A stretch of 27,832 nt of DNA, from contig JAVHPP010000163.1 of assembly GCA_036170655.1 (NCBI GenBank), positions 1-27,832 on the forward strand, written 5' to 3'. This DNA is from Candidatus Zixiibacteriota bacterium (GTDB lineage: Bacteria > Zixibacteria > MSB-5A5 > WJJR01). Below the pieces are notes generated by a model that was not told the origin of the DNA, did no database searches, and was given only the letters and a program-made list of their open reading frames with translations. Positions 26,816 to 27,832 of the stretch are shown here, piece by piece. A program made the position numbers and the translations under genes. The first letter of the stretch is position 1, and every line of letters begins with the position of its first letter.

Positions 26816-27832
26816 AGTTTCTTCTTACGGAACAGATCCTTCAGGAGATCATCAACGTTGGGACCGCTTCCGCTGGTGTCGTCTTTCGGCGTCAGCAGAT
26901 TCTCGATGAACGCGCGTCCGACATCTTTGACATCGAGTGTGATCTCCGGACTGGCGAGTGGCCCGCTAAGCCCCAATCGCAGTTGAGCTCCTTTGATGAG
27001 ACTCGACAGACGTGAAGAACGACCCGGGGCCGGGGTGATACCAACCACATAGTCCAGTGTTTGGTCAAACCCAAAGCTCCCCATGGCCGACCAGCGGGCG
27101 TCGTCCGTCGTGAACCGCAGCGTGTCAGTCACGATGTGGCCATTGATCACTTTGAACGATGCCAACAGATCCCGGAAAGGACGGGGCTGGTCCAATCCCT
27201 TCACCCCCAGTCTGTCGCCGATCTGCGTCAGAAGAGGAGCCGTCTCCAGACGCCCGGAATGGACCGAGGCTCTTCCTGAACCAACCAGCGAGGGCAGAAT
27301 CTGTGAATGGTCCCATCCGCTGCCAGTGAACTGTCCGGAGAATTGCAGCTCTCCATAAATCCCGTCGGCCCACCCCAGAAAGCGCGTGACGAAATCATTG
27401 GCCTGCACAGAATCGGCGTTCACCTGGGCCGCAAAAATCGGATCAGTCCAGTTATTGACGTCCCAGCGGAACATACCGTGGGCACGTCCGCCATAGATTC
27501 CGGCCGTGGCTGGCTCGAAAGAAAGAACATTCTCACGGAGCGTGAATGGCGATCGAAACTCGGTAAACGGAAGACGGGAATAGACCAGCGTATCACAAGC
27601 CAACTGCCCTTCGACGGAAATGACGGGAAAGGGCACGGGCGAAGCCGTCGCCCCGCCACCGACGGCAGGCGCTTTCGACGTCTCCCCAATGAGTTCGTCG
27701 AGATTCAGCATGGGGCAGTTAATTTCAACCCGCGCACGCGGGACATCCAGCGTCCTGAATGATCCCAGAGCAGACGGCACCAGTCCAGCGACCGTGCCGG
27801 TGACATGTCCGGACGATAATCCCGAATGCCAC
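26812..27832 (-). CDS. AsmA-family outer-membrane-assembly / lipid-transport protein (5' end beyond the window)
   Basis: Frame is open to the window edge; AsmA-like C-terminal beta-taco pattern (IYGGRAHG, LVGSGRASVHSGRL, FKVINGHI.T, GSFGFDQTLDY, LSGPLASPEI) ending LLKDLFRKKKL. Confidence 0.8.
   Translation of the reverse strand, partial: WHSGLSSGHVTGTVAGLVPSALGSFRTLDVPRARVEINCPMLNLDELIGETSKAPAVGGGATASPVPFPVISVEGQLACDTLVYSRLPFTEFRSPFTLRENVLSFEPATAGIYGGRAHGMFRWDVNNWTDPIFAAQVNADSVQANDFVTRFLGWADGIYGELQFSGQFTGSGWDHSQILPSLVGSGRASVHSGRLETAPLLTQIGDRLGVKGLDQPRPFRDLLASFKVINGHIVTDTLRFTTDDARWSAMGSFGFDQTLDYVVGITPAPGRSSRLSSLIKGAQLRLGLSGPLASPEITLDVKDVGRAFIENLLTPKDDTSGSGPNVDDLLKDLFRKKKL

Overview
GC-rich bacterial chromosomal window from a diderm, LPS-producing organism. 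The gene mix and synteny suggest an FCB-superphylum-like lineage, but that is inference only. Almost all genes are on the minus strand. Reading from the right end: a partial AsmA-family gene, an MA-clan zinc peptidase, a lipid A late acyltransferase, a heptosyltransferase (GT9), a PfkB kinase and a TldD/PmbA pair. Next come a secreted four-repeat protein behind a perfect ECF-sigma (TGAAAC-N16-CGTA) promoter, a decayed TPR gene next to REP-like palindromes, a plus-strand DUF3467 gene and a split hldE (kinase + adenylyltransferase). Then follow an Xaa-Pro peptidase and accB, a PilT/PilU ATPase with two small ORFs (one a Cys4 zinc finger with a very acidic tail) lying between accB and accC, and gcvH-gcvPA-[secreted thioredoxin-TPR]-gcvPB. 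The window ends with an orphan fused ECF-type ATPase, pyrR-pyrB-pyrC behind a divergent PyrR-binding RNA hairpin, and a partial DegT aminotransferase. Most content is housekeeping. No CRISPR array, rRNA, tRNA, integrase or transposase was seen. The best candidates for novelty are the ECF-driven secreted repeat protein, the pilT/small-protein module splitting accB-accC, and the non-canonical PyrR leader.
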